Positions 36,022 to 49,038 of a DNA stretch of 52,761 nucleotides are shown here, piece after piece. The position numbers were made by a program, and so were the translations under genes. The stretch lies in NCBI GenBank assembly GCA_010909165.1, contig VJWM01000338.1, forward strand, positions 1 to 52,761. The letters run 5' to 3'. The first letter of the stretch is position 1. Each line of letters opens with the position of its first letter. The notes beneath the pieces were generated by a model, which was not told where the DNA came from, made no database searches, and saw only the letters and a program-made list of their open reading frames with translations. The DNA is from Anthoceros angustus. Taxonomy: Eukaryota; Plantae; Anthocerotophyta.

Positions 36022-39000
36022 GATGGGCCCACCACCACTTGCAAGAACACCACGTCGACCAAGCTGGTGAAGAGCACGGACATTGATTCACAGTTGCAAG
36101 TATGTTCCGGATCGTGACACCGCCTCCACATCGCCGGGATGCTCCAAAAGTTTTTGATGTTCGCGATTGAGGCGTCATCCGCAACAACCCTATCTCTATT
36201 GGCACCAATCATCACGGTATCCACGCCACCCTCATACGGATCTCCACCGCCACCACACAGCTACCAAGCGGTGGACATCACCGGTTGTCGTCAATGCCAA
36301 ATGGACACTTTGGTCACCGTCACACATGATCCAAGATATTGGTCACGGTAGAACACCACCGACTCCTGCCGATTCGTCACATTTATCAACACATTCAATT
36401 GCGGCCACCTCCAAGTTATCACTTGATTCACAAGACTCTGGACACCACAACCATTTCATCACCTACATCCACACCTCCACTGAATACCGGTGGAAGGCAC
36501 CGTTATGCATCGCAATGAGAGCACAATACACCAGCAAGGTGACCACCGTTGTAGCTTGTCGTGGCTGGTCATCCTGCAGCGGACAAACATGTACTCAAAG
36601 TGTAGACAACAATATCTAGTTTCAACAAAGCAATGCCCTCACAAACCCACACGATGTCCTTCGGAGGAACACACATGCCAACTTGCATTCCTCACCAACT
36701 TCAACCCTGAGGACCTTGTGTCTGGCCTTGGTGGAGTAGGAGCTATGTCCAGCGAGGGCTGCTGTGGCACTGTGTGGGACAACGTCATCTTCAATTTGTG
36801 AGTCTAGCACCATCGAGTAATCGCTGCCCAAACATGCGAACAACACGAGGCTTTTCCCCTCGGGCATTGGGGTGCGAAGGAATTCACGTGCTTCATGTGC
36901 CTCCCTTGGGCGGCAAATTCATCAGCTACAGTGCGAGAAATATGTTGACATCGTCAGTTGGCATAATTGCACCTGGACGAGTTCGAGATCTTTGTATGAC
37001 ACAAAATTTAGTCGAGCGGACTTAGCGAAAATGGACAAGACAACAAACAGGCATGGAACATACATATTGGAGACTCAAGATTTTTTGCTCTGGGGTGGCC
37101 AACCAATTCTTTGTTGGTGATTGTGACTCAATGTCTTTCCATCATGTCATGGTCGTGGTCTCCAATGCACTCGAGGAACTCTTTCTCCCAAGTGTCTCAG
37201 TCCTGTTCCCATGGAAGGAGCTTCTCCTGGTGCTTTGATCAAACCCTTCGCTCTCAACCATGATGCGGGCATCGATTGCACCACAGACGTGGGCGGCAAC
37301 AATGTTTGTCAAGTGCACTGCAGGCGGATATCGTGGAAGCAATGGCCACATGGAGTGAACACCATCTCGTTCAGGCGTACCACCCCATGACACACATTAC
37401 ACTTTAGGACACACGAAGCTTGCGCTTTGAAGGAAAACCACGGTTGCGTGAGAAAGGATCACCTTGGCCTTGGCACCACATGACTAGGTGGTGCCAAGGC
37501 CACCTCCTCATCGCCACCCCACCACTACATCACCAAGTCCAACCCATCCACGAAACCATGACATCACCGGGCCACACGCCCACCAACCTACCACTACATC
37601 ACATGCCACCACCGCCCACCGACCTACCCCTAATCACGAGGCCATAACCGCACACAAGCCATGCACTACATCACCAAGGCCACCAAAAGCTCACGGGACA
37701 CCCAGATGAACACAGACCAATTCCTCACCATCCCGTCAAGTGATCACCCACCCTTCCACGGAGAACACATGAGTCACCACCCCTTGAGCACCTACCACCA
37801 CCTCACCATCCCGTGAGCGTCACGGGGGCACCCAAGTCCACCCAGCAAGCCACATCACCATAAGGAAAACATCGGTCGGACACCTCGTCCGTGTGCAAGA
37901 AGAATCCACACTTCGTACAAACACTACGTTACGGGGGGCATGACTTGGCGGGAGGCGGGAGCCGACACCCAGTGATCCATGTTACATGCCCATTGAGCCT
38001 GGAGAACATCCTCATGTTTTCAAGAGAAGCGGTGTCCGGAGCTTGTTCCTCACAGTTTTTTTCTCCAACTCGGTGAACACCCTCGGAATATTTAGTTTTG
38101 TCAAGCCGAATTTGAATCTTGTCAGTCTCGCATGAATACTCTCGTCAAGCCCTCCACTATTCATGACCATGTCGGCAAGCTGGACCTTGGTGTTGCCCAA
38201 ATCCAAGAGTGCCTCCTCCCATCTTTTGACAAAACAGCCTCCTCATGACACAAGCTTCCAACTCTGCACGAATTTTTCCACAGACCTCATCCATGACAAC
38301 CTTTGGTGCCCATGGCTCAAGACACGAGCGGCCGGTGTCACTTTTCTCGCGCACCGATTGACTCCTCGTCTCCCTTCTTGCCGGCCTCCTCTTCTACATT
38401 CTTTGCGGGAGGTCCGTCCTTCTTCATGGCCTTACATGCTTCCTCTTCCCAACTCGGAGCTCCAGGATTCTTTGGGAGGATCGCCTCGTGGGCTGTTCTC
38501 GGCTCACTTTGGCAGTGGAACACTCTTCCACATCAACCTCCGCTCCCGCATCACACCACCAGCGTTGTGAAGAATCGTTGTATTCTCTGCGGATGGGACT
38601 TCCACAACTGTGATTTCTTCTCCATCGCATCGCCTTATCCTTCCTCTTCTCAGCTAAATAGTACTCAAACCAATTCACACGCCAAGCTTCTTCTCGATTA
38701 GGAACCCAAGTGCCACCGTGGCACCCTTTGATGCAACAGCGTGGGAGCCCGCCCATCTGACTTCTCAACAACTATCAACATCGTCCACTCTATGTCGAGA
38801 CGGTAGTGCATGATCCCCAAGAGGTATCCATCGTTCCATTAGTGACATCCCCAAAATGCCTCTTGATCTCATCTTCACCTCAATAGCCTCCTTTAGTCCA
38901 ACCTGTAGTTCGACACATTCACACCGTAGTTGACAATTCCATATCACCGTAGTGCCAACACCAATGCTCCCCAATTTTTGAATGTCGTGTCCTTGCGAGC

Positions 39001-42000
39001 CGACACCTTTGCGGCTCTATCCAACCTAGCCTTCATGGCGCCTAAGCGTTCTGTCCATCTTGCTTGCAGGCGCTTGACACACCACCGGAATTATGCGCAC
39101 CGCCGCCGAGCCTTCACCCTACTCGTTGCTAGTGACATGGTGTCCTTCACCTCCTGGCTGCCTTGTCCGTGCACCACTCCGTTGGCGCACAGCGCTCCTC
39201 GTTCGGAGGCGGGTGCCGCATGGTCGAACCCAAAGGCCTTGCACAAACCCACCTAACTGCGCTCCCAAATCCACGAGCACCACAGCTCCACAAATCCGAG
39301 CTCCCAAAATGCGGATTTCACTGACTACCAAACGGTTGCGCGCGTACACACCCCGTCACACCCACTATTCGCGCGAAAGCTCTAGCATATAGGGACTCAC
39401 GGAAAACCTCGTGGCTGGTGGCTGCCTATCAGGTTCGCGCGCACCACAACGCGCTGCAGCCTCCACGTTCCACGAAAAGGCCTGCGGACGGACCCAAACG
39501 CCCTCGCAAAGCCACCGCCGCACTGCACCCGAGCTACCAATCCGGCCGTAAGCGGTTCCGACCCAGCTGCGCACAATCACGCCGTCACACCACCTATTGC
39601 CCGCACGACATAGCTCTAGCAAAACCCATGTAGGGACTCCATGGTGACCATCCTCACCGCTGGTCAAGGTTGAGCTCGCGATTCGGTGCATGCACAAATC
39701 AATGCTTGTGAGTCTCAACATTAGGAGCACGGCGGAAGTGGATAACCTCATTATCACCCTTAAAAGTCAGAGCATCCGCTCGTTTCCTCACTTCCCGGTC
39801 GGTCACGAGTTTGTATAATAAATTGTCCCTAGCATATATAGCAAGACTTAAACCAATAATATATCAAATAAATCAATTTTCCAAATAAAAATTTAAATAT
39901 ATCTATGAAGTTAAAAACGAATAGCCCTAAAAATATCGGTCAAAATGGGCATAATTTCAATTGTTAAGAAATCTGTGTGTCATGCAAAACACCACTTAGA
40001 GACAGTTTCGCCCGTTTCCGAAATTAGTGGTCACCTAACCATGCTCACACCCCATAGTCGGGATTTCGTTGCTATCTGCAGCTCCTGCTGCGCGCTTGCC
40101 TTTCTTCCTTCTCAAATCTCTTTCGGGCTCCACATTTGTTGACCTGCCCCCCAAACCAGTTGCATATGTCGAACTCCGTTGGCGCTTCCTACTACCTCCC
40201 GATCGCCTCACGTATCCCTCGGCATCACGGAGGCGGCATCGTCTGCGTCCCCAAGGCCGGGCGCATGCGGCGCCCTCCCTCTATGTCCCAAGGCCGAGGC
40301 GGCCGGCATGCAGCGCCCTCCCTCCGTGCAGGGCCCGGCCAGCTAGTCGGCGGATGGTCGGCTCCCAGGTGCCCTCACCTGCAGATCCCATAGTACTTGG
40401 ATGCCGCCTTGTCTCCTCCCATGCCTTCATACCACAAAACCAGTGCCTGTGGGTACCCAACTCCATGTTCTCCTGCTGGAGCAATTCCCCTGCGACCCAT
40501 GTCCTCATCTGGATTGGAAGGAATAGTGGGCACCGGCATGGATGCCCCAAGCATTATGGAAGCAAATTCCATTACGTCCTCAATCTTATCACCGTCCTCC
40601 TCCGACATTTCGTCATCATGCGTAGCTCGTATAGGGCCATCCTCTTCACGAGGGTCCATACTGCCCTCCTCATCTCCTTCAGGTTCATAGTCGGATAGCT
40701 CCACGTCCTTCTAAAGACATCTCCGGCGGTGATTGATGATAGAACTTGTAATCACTCACATAAGCATCGATAAAAATTCCTTGCATTGCCCAAGCTAGAG
40801 AAGTGCCAAAAGTGTTAAGTGGATGCAATGATGTTCCAAAACTTCAAAATCAATGACTTCCAAAGACATACACTTACAATCCTTGATTCGAAGAGCTTCC
40901 GAATTTAAGAGGCAGTTCGTGGCTCGCACTTTTCTTGTGCAAGCTATACTCAACACGAACACCGTAGTCTTGGCCCCTTGGCAAAGCTTCAAACCCATAA
41001 GGCTTTGAAGTCACCAGGCTGAATATCCGGATCTCCTTCCGCTTCTATCAAAGTTGCCGGACCACATACCCACGGCTCTGATTGCAAAGCACCATTGTGG
41101 CCATAAATCCACAATTTCAGCATGGGTGTCCACACCACATTGTCTTCTTGACTCTGGCTCATGTCACAAGCGTCCTTCTCCGGGATTGTCTCATCAATGC
41201 GGTTGGTGTGTCTGCGCACAATTGAGCATCTCCTCAAGCGTAAAGGTGAGGATTAGAATCCATGGCGGTATCTTGTGACTTGGCCATCTCGATTTCCCTC
41301 CGCCCCGCTCCCTTCGTTGCTCACCTTTGGGCCAGCGGGATCCACGAGAGTTCGGGGCAGCGCTACTGCGGTCAGCTCGTTACCTTTGAAGATTGTGCTC
41401 ACATTGGAACACCATGTCGGCTCGAACTTTGGTGTGCATCCACTCCACACGGCTCCTTTGCGTGGCTGCTACCTTCTTCCCTTTGGTCTCTTCGGTTTTG
41501 GTTTGTCCACATGCGGTTTCTTCTTCGATCCACCATTCCTTCTTCTGCCACTTGCCATAGCTCTGCGCGCGCGGTTGATTACGGTGACTACCCAATTCTC
41601 CCTCAATGCAAAAGGAGGTGAGGATGCCGCACGAAGTCACGGGCAGCGGGCAATTGCCAAAATCCACAAGCGGCGTGGGCGGCGCAATCCCGGCCTTCAC
41701 GGCTTGCGGAAGTGGGCGCAACTCGGCGTGAACACGGTGTAGTCGTGATGGGCCCATTACGGTAAGGTTGAACGCCTAAAAAGGGGAGGTTAAAAGCGTG
41801 ACGGTAATCGCCACCGCGTTTGTGTCCATTTTCTAACCTAATTTTGGCACCGCTTGCTTTGCCATGGTTTCGTAAAGCGGGTGCCCATGTGCGTGGTGTT
41901 CGTACTACATTAAATGATTCCGATACCAAGCAAAAGCCGCAACATTTATGTCCGCTAGAATGACGGCCGGATCCGCACTTGATAGGTAGATCTTCTCATG

Positions 42001-42859
42001 GAATGCTGGAAATATTGACGCTAAGGCATCCACCGCTTGTTCTCCGATGTCTCATACTAATTTGCCCACCTCCTTGTTTGTTGCTCTGCCGCTTTGCCCG
42101 CGAGACGTGAACCACACCATGCTCCACTCCACCCATACCGATGAGGACACAGAGGTAGCTTCCGAAAAGCGATTGCTCGCTTCAATGTAGTTTATCCGGT
42201 CGTTGTTCCCGACGTGATGTCATGCGGATCGACGAGTGATGGGAGGAACTTGTCCGATACTTGTAATGTCTTGCACTCCAAGCGACACCTACATGCGAAA
42301 AGGAGCATCCGATCTATTTCAAGCGCTTGCAAACTTTGGCAGGGGAGCGACCACATTCAAGTGCTCTTTGTTGAAAAGCTCGTGTTTCATAATTGCGGAT
42401 TTCCGGATGTTTTCCGCAAGCTGTGCCATCGGGGCATGCGGGTTTGCAATGGTAATCATCACCGTGCTGGATGACGGCGAGCTTCACCTTGTATTCGCAA
42501 AATTGCGTGCAGCTCGTGGTGCCAAGGACTCATCACCATTCGCACCCCTATGTGCCACCGACGCCTAACTTGAACTTGTATGCGGCTATGGAACTTAGCC
42601 GAAGACGAGGAGATGCCGCCGCCCTCGAGTGAGCCATCAACGGCAATGAGGTCTCTTCGCCGTGTGGAGTTTTGGGTGCATCGGGGAGCCGATATTGCCG
42701 GGCGACAACGTTCCCCACCCTCCCGTTCACCTCCCGGGCTGCAGCAGTACATATCATCCGAAGCCAATGTCGGAGACATTGCACGAGCGAGCTTGCTTGT
42801 AAACACACGGGCTGGTGTCTCCTTGAAGAAGACCGAGACGGACAGCCTGGAGGATTTCC

Positions 42860-45800
42860 GTAAACCGTGTTGCAACAAAGTATGTATTCAACGACTTTCG
42901 AGGAAGGTTGTGAAGAGAGGCAAAGGTTCCTTAGGTTGGGAAGGTCCGAGTGAGACATTCCTAGAGACCCTTGTAAGACGACCATGGTTCGAATGGCAAA
43001 GACCGTACTCAAGGCACCGGTTCCAATCAAGTGTTGCCCAAATCCTTCGAAGGGTGTATTGCATAGGGTCGGAAAGGTACGAGGAGGTGAAGGGCGAGTA
43101 TCGTTGAATTCACCATGGGATTGTAGCAAGCCAAGCCCGGGTGAAATCCTCTCATGCATTGGCGCTATTGCATGGATGGATGCAACATTTCGCAATTGGC
43201 GTAGCGCCGCCTAATGTTGAAGTCTACAATCTTCGACACTTTCACCAAACTAGAAGTGTGGACACAATACAAATGTGACCTGGAGCAAAAAGGGCTGCAG
43301 TATATTTCGTATGCATACTTTCTGAGACTATGGGAGCAGAACTTCAAGCGCGTGAAGATACCCAAATCCAATCGGTTTTCAACATGTTCTCTTTGCGCCG
43401 GTCTAAAGTTCAACATTCGGAGCACTGGATCGCGACAGATCAAGGTAAGCTCATCGCTCCACACCGTTTTTCGGCATGGTATAAAGAGGGTGAAAGGTTA
43501 GGCGTGAATGATGTGCCATCGATATCTAACGGTGGGCGTTGTGATGGTGGAGGTTGAACCTTGGTCGAGGCAACCGGTTCGGCCCTGGAAGAAGGCGGGG
43601 CAGGCGGGCAGCCGGGTGGGGAGAGGGAGGGGAGGCGCATGCCGCCTCATGGGTGGAGGGTGTGCAGAGAGGAGGCGGCGATGCCGGGACCTAAACCCTA
43701 AAGGAGGTAGGGAAGGCGCGCATGCCACAGCCCTCATTGAGGCGGAGGGGGGGCGCGGCATGCATGGTGCCTGTGGGGGGAGGAGGAGGCTGCATGCGCC
43801 TCATGGGTGGAGGGTGTGCAATGGGGAGGAGGCGGCAACATGCGGGACCTAAACCCTAAAGGAGCTTGGGAGGCGCCAGATGCCATCCCTCATTGAGGCG
43901 GAGGGGAGGCGGCATGCCAGTGTAGGAGGGAGAGGGCGATGCGGGGGAGCTGAGCGCAACAGGACGGTGGATTAGAGGATCAGGGCCGCTGCTACAACGG
44001 TGGAACCCTAGGTTGTTGTGGGGCATGACCTTCCGAGGGTTGCCATCATGCTATTGCCCCCCCTTGACTCGTCTAGACTCGGTTATGTCGATCTCGTGCG
44101 TTTCTCGTTGGTTGGTCTGGTTGCGATGACGTTATATTTCATGGATGGACGACATGATGTTTGGTTGAAGGCGATATATATCGGGACGCGTTGAACAAAC
44201 ATCGCATAAAGCTTATGGAGGAGGCGGAAGAAGTTGACAAAACATCGAGCGAAAGGATACACCGAGCCTCACAAGTACATGTTGTTATGTATCGATGGCA
44301 TGGATCGAGAAAAAACATCCTTACCGCATATACTTAGATGGCCTAAGGAGCTAAAGGAAGACTGCCGTGTTATTGTCCATGTGGTGGGGTGTATGATCCA
44401 CAATCACACGTTCAAGTCCAGGGCGTATCTGCACTACGCAAATTTGCGGAATGATGCTAGTTTAACCATATGCATTATCCAAGATGTGATACATACATAT
44501 GTTGGCTTACTTCCCAAGGTTCTATATTTGCAACTAGACAACACATGTCGGGAGAACAAGAATCAACTGCTGTTTGCTTATCTGAATATGCTCGTGGAGC
44601 TGGGGACTTTTGAAAAAGTGAAGGTGGGCTTTCTTCTTGTAGGTCACACACATGACCGTGGACCAAATGTTCTCGTGTTTTTCCAAACATTTGAAGCACA
44701 AAGAGGCAAAACTCTTCCGTCATGCAGATATATTGAGCAAGGCTTTCACGCCAAACCCAGTGAAGGTCGACCGAGGTTCGGACTTCCGTTCTTTCTCGGC
44801 CTTTGAAAGCGAGGAAAGCGCACGGAAGTTTAAAGTGCGCAAGCTAAACAATCTATCATACCAACACCGGTTCAAAATCACGGGAGGAAAAGTCGGGGGT
44901 AAAATGCTTATTCGAGTAAGCGATGACCTCACCGTTATGGGAAGCGATGGGCTGGAGTTCTTGTCTTTTATTCCAAATCTTTGAGATTGGACCTACAACC
45001 ACTAGCTCTGAGGCCAAGGACAAGAAAGGCGTTGATGGAAGCCTCACCGCGAGATGGAGTAGACCACTTAAGAAAGGGTTTGCAAAAGCGTCAACATATC
45101 TAACATGGTGAGGAGGTGGTGGAGTGACTTGGGAGGATCAAGAGGAGATCGCAACTATTGTGGACAATAACATTTATGCGAAAAGGCAGTGGAAGTGGTA
45201 TAGCGGATCTGCGCAGATGCACTTGTACCACTGCAGTTCGGAGGAGGCTATATTGGCGAAGCCTTATTGCGAGGCGTGCCTCACGGGACATGTACTTGGG
45301 TGCTTACAGTGTGGAAAGGCGGGAACAAGAGGTCGAGCGGATGAATGGTGACATCATGGAGATAAAAAGGTATGTTTATTGTCACCTTGTGAGGGGACAC
45401 TCTGTGGCATTACAGGTTGCAAAGGTCTTGAGTGTGCACATGACCCATGACCTACTTCAGTGCGGTGGCGAACCGAGCACACCATGCATCTGAGGGCAAG
45501 TATGTGGGAATACTTTGTTAGGACCGGAGGACGAGAACTACCTCCTACCAACAAAGGTGCAAAAGCATGGAAGCCTCCCAACATTCGAAGTTGTTTGTCC
45601 ATAAGGCAGTCATTGTGTACTATGGGTTCAATCTCACTTCTAGGAAACATCATCTGTGGATAAAAAGCTATCAAAGAAGTTAAGTGCCCTCGTCCCCATC
45701 TTCAACCTGCACTCCCTCGGTGGGCGAGGATGATGGGGATAGCAGTCTTGGGCATGGAGAAGGACGGTCTCGAGTCGGTGAGGAGTGAATAACCGAACGG

Positions 45801-46700
45801 CTTCAAATATATTCCGTCATGGTCGCTCCTAAGAACTTATGGCGCAACCCTTTTTAACACCCTTTGCGATGGCATGCCGCACTCCTTCGACCACATTTTG
45901 TCGTCCATTCCTAGTGGCCCCTTCCATTGTCACCGGCTGCCATGGCTCTGTTCGATTAGTGGATTCGTTTAATGGTGGCGCCAACCCAATGTTCCGTGAA
46001 ACTTGGCAGCCTTTCCAGTGGTATGCCAAATTGTGGTTTTGTTGAGGGTTCACAAGAACATGGTACACTACAAGAGATTTCTCCGCTCACGGATATCAAA
46101 CCATGGACATGTTTGGTGGCAGGAATGGCTAAGGGCCTTTTTGCAAGGTGTGCACGATGGGCGCCGGCATCGCGCCATGCGTGCTGGTTACACCTTTCTA
46201 CCATAGAGAGGCACATTTTCCATACCTTGCCACCTAAATGTGAACCCGGATGCAAAAGTGGCATTCCCTTGATATAAGACAATATATTGTAAAACCGTCA
46301 GGTTTCGGATCCACAAAGGGTGTGAAGTCGGTGCTAAATCATTGCAAACCCTCGGGAATGTCCCCACGACCCTTTTTGGGTGCTCTTGTAAATTTGAAGT
46401 AGAATGTGATTTTGACCATAATTTTGAACACATTATCCGACTACATGAACATCGATTTAGTGACCATCCACAACCGTTCAGCGTATATTCATGCATAAAG
46501 CCGCTTGATGTATATTCCGCCGGTTCAAATATTATGGTGTTAAGTGCATCTTTTATCAAAGGTATGGGCTCAGAAAGGGTGTGCGCATTATCAAAGTAGG
46601 GCAGATATGCTGTTGCAGGAAGGTTGTACATCGGACAAGGGGGTGCTGTCTCGACCGAAGGGGGTTACTATATTGCCCCCTTTCAAAAATTATCATGTTA
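42860..46700 (+). mobile_element. DUF7869-type transposase with long downstream extension, copy 2 (most complete), GT-AG intron 43445-44170
   Basis: KPCCNKVC; GAIAWMDATF; FKRVKIPKSNRFSTCSLCAGLK; IDGMDREKT, LYLQLDNTCRENKN, FLLVGHTHD; then WEDQ, RDMYLGAY, YYGFNLT, GHVW.AGMAKG and TILPPF, colinear with the minus-strand copies. Confidence 0.8.
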
Positions 46701-47200
46701 GATGTTATGCTTTGATAGAAGGGCTAATTGATGATATGGTTTGATAGATGTTATGGTTTGATAGAAGGCTAATTGGGCATAGTTTAATATATGTTATGAT
46801 TTGATAGAAAGGCTAATTGGTGATGTGGTTTGATAGAAGGGCTAATTGGGCATAGTTTAATAAATGTTATGATTTGATAGAAGGGCTAATTGGTGATATG
46901 GTTTGATAGATGTTATGGTTTGATAGAAGGGCTAATTGGGCATAGTTTGATAGATGTTATGATTTGATAGAGGGGCTAATTGGTGATATGGTTTGATAGA
47001 TGTTATGGTTTGATAGAAGGGCTAATTGGTGATATGGTTTGATAGAAGGGCCCATCTGCCTATCTGCTATCAATCCGAATGATATGGTTTGATAGAAGGG
47101 CCCATGTGCCCATCTGCTATCAATCCAGATGATATCAAACTTATCAGTCCAGATGATATAGTTTGATAGATGTTATGGTTTGATAGAAGGGCTAATTGGG
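46700..47200. repeat. Degenerate higher-order tandem array of the TTTGATAG motif
   Basis: About 16 TTTGATAG cores in ~17- and ~28-bp monomers (GATATGGTTTGATAGA, AGGGCTAATTGG), with inverted CTATCAA copies near 47067 and 47117. Confidence 0.9.
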
Positions 47201-47690
47201 CATGGTCTATGGTTCGACTAACATGCCCTTATTACGCCAGCATAGTTAAGAATTTATAGTTTTAAACCCAAAATCATGGCAAATATCATTCAATTGTTGA
47301 TCGTGAGTTTGAAATTACTCATAACGTTATATTAATGGTTGCAAATTATAAAGGAATCAAAATGGTGAAGAGAGCTATGGCTCACTCAAGTTTCTTCCAT
47401 TTTGTCGAGCTCATTGAAGGCCGCGACCATTGTATTGCGGAGGTCATAACTCCTGGGCATGTGTTTCAATCTTGGACACCATCTTTGCGATCGACCAATT
47501 TGTACATTGTGATTTGATATGTGAAAGATGTCATATTTTACTCTTTGAAACATACATTCAAATTAAGCGATAGAGGAATGGGTTACTTGTTTCATAAAGG
47601 CAATGATTCAAACTGTGAAGCGAAAAAGGCGAGGCATGAACATCCTCGTACACCAAAGTGGCAAAGGAATGATGCATAGGCTACGATCAC
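47200..47690 (-). pseudogene. 3'-terminal fragment of another DUF7869-element copy, tail-to-tail with copy 2
   Basis: High nucleotide similarity in the same orientation to 2700-3180 (e.g. GCAAATTATAAAGGAATCAAAATGGT.AAGAGAGCTATGGCTCACTCAAGTTTCTTCC). Confidence 0.75.
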
Positions 47691-47719
47691 AGCTGCCAAG
47701 AGGGTTTCACATGAGCCTA

Positions 47720-48290
47720 ATAGTATTGACAAACGTAAGGATAAGCAGATGATGGATACTGTTTTGCAGAGCCTTGTTGAGAAAACCACTAGTGATGAGT
47801 TGAGGATGATTGTGATGCATGGTGTCGAGGAGGCACACACTGTTAGGGAGTCCATGCGGAAGTGGAGCGGGAAAGGGGCTTGGTCTCATTTGTGTGGGAC
47901 AAGGCGAACATGAATAATGACAAGGATGGATTTGAAACCGTGGAGTATGTTACAATGGGTTGGGGAGTAAAAAGGCGTGCACAAGGGATAGGGTTGCAAT
48001 GATGCCAAATGTCATGCATGGGACTTTTAACAATGGGAGGTCTGTCATCACCCATGAGACTGCTAGAAGAAACCGGTGTACATATCATGACAAGGTGATG
48101 GTATGCCCATAGCGAGGCCTGGGGCTAATGATGAAACTTATCAAACCTTCTCCAAAGAGGAGATTGGGTTTTGGATGCTTGGTCCGTAGTGGGACAACTT
48201 TATTGGCGACCTTATGCGGCGACGAAATTGTATTGCTATCGAGGCTGACTTGAGGTGTGTAGAATCGTTCCTAGCGGATCCATGGAGTAC
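47720..48290 (+). pseudogene. N4C/N6A DNA methyltransferase, copy B, 5'-truncated and frameshifted
   Basis: MIVMHGVEEAH.VRESMRKW, GFETVEYV, GTFNNGRSV, LMMKLI..FSKE.DWVLDAWS.SGTTL..L...RNCIAIEAD; each block matches copy A. Confidence 0.75.
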
Positions 48291-48569
48291 AGTGCCAAAT
48301 GCGACAAAGAATTGACCTTGAGGCCCACTGCAGAGGACTTGCACAATTTTGGGCAAAGGAGGTATGTATCGTGAGAAGGACTCTTTGAAAGCACGGTGGT
48401 TTTGAGTGCTCGTGATGAAGACCAAAACTAGAGCGTTCTTAGCGGAGGGCCAACAAATCCTTGATAATGTATGGCAGCCTTCCCCACCTCTTGATGACGA
48501 CGACACTGGCGTGAATGAAGACGCGAGGGCTTTGGGTGAGAACTAAGTATGTCGTGGTCAAAAATAAGG

Positions 48570-49035
48570 AAGGCGCCGGCGCTATCCACTACTGCCCCCG
48601 CAGCCGACGAGTGTCTCTTTCCATCCATGGTGGATGATATTCATATCTTAAGACTAGGGGACAAGGTCGGGAAGGCGTTCGAACTCTTCTCCTCATAGCT
48701 ATCCACTTTGGGTTTGAGGTCAAGATCCGAAGTGCAAGGTTTGGTCCCCGTCGAGCATCACTCCCTCTCTTCAATATCCTAGGGGGAACATTGTTTCCGC
48801 GCAAGGACTTCACCTCTTGGGGGTCTCGGTGGGAATCCCGGACTTTGTCTGTGGTTTTGTCCATGCTGCTGGGAGGCTTTGCCCACATCGGCGACCTCTT
48901 TCAGCTAGGGGACCCTCATGTGGCATTTGGCATCCTTTCTTCTTGCTTCGCGCGTTGGCTAAGATACCTCACCAGAATGGTTGCTCCCTCCCCAGTATTT
49001 CTATCAAGCTTGGGGAAGTTCGTGATAAAATAGCT
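48570..49035 (+). mobile_element. CRE-like non-LTR RT fragment (catalytic and thumb region)
   Basis: CLFPSMVDDIHI; LGDPHVAFGILSSCF..YLTRMVAPS. Confidence 0.75.
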
Positions 49036-49038
49036 TAC

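Noticed and set aside
34300-39300. Decayed L1-like element on the minus strand (ORF1 ~38300-39100, endonuclease ~36800-37400)
   Set aside because: Only isolated degenerate hints (SDY for SDH, RL.F) with wrong spacing; not supportable
46700-47200. CRISPR-like array
   Set aside because: Intervening sequences are themselves repeated monomers, not unique spacers
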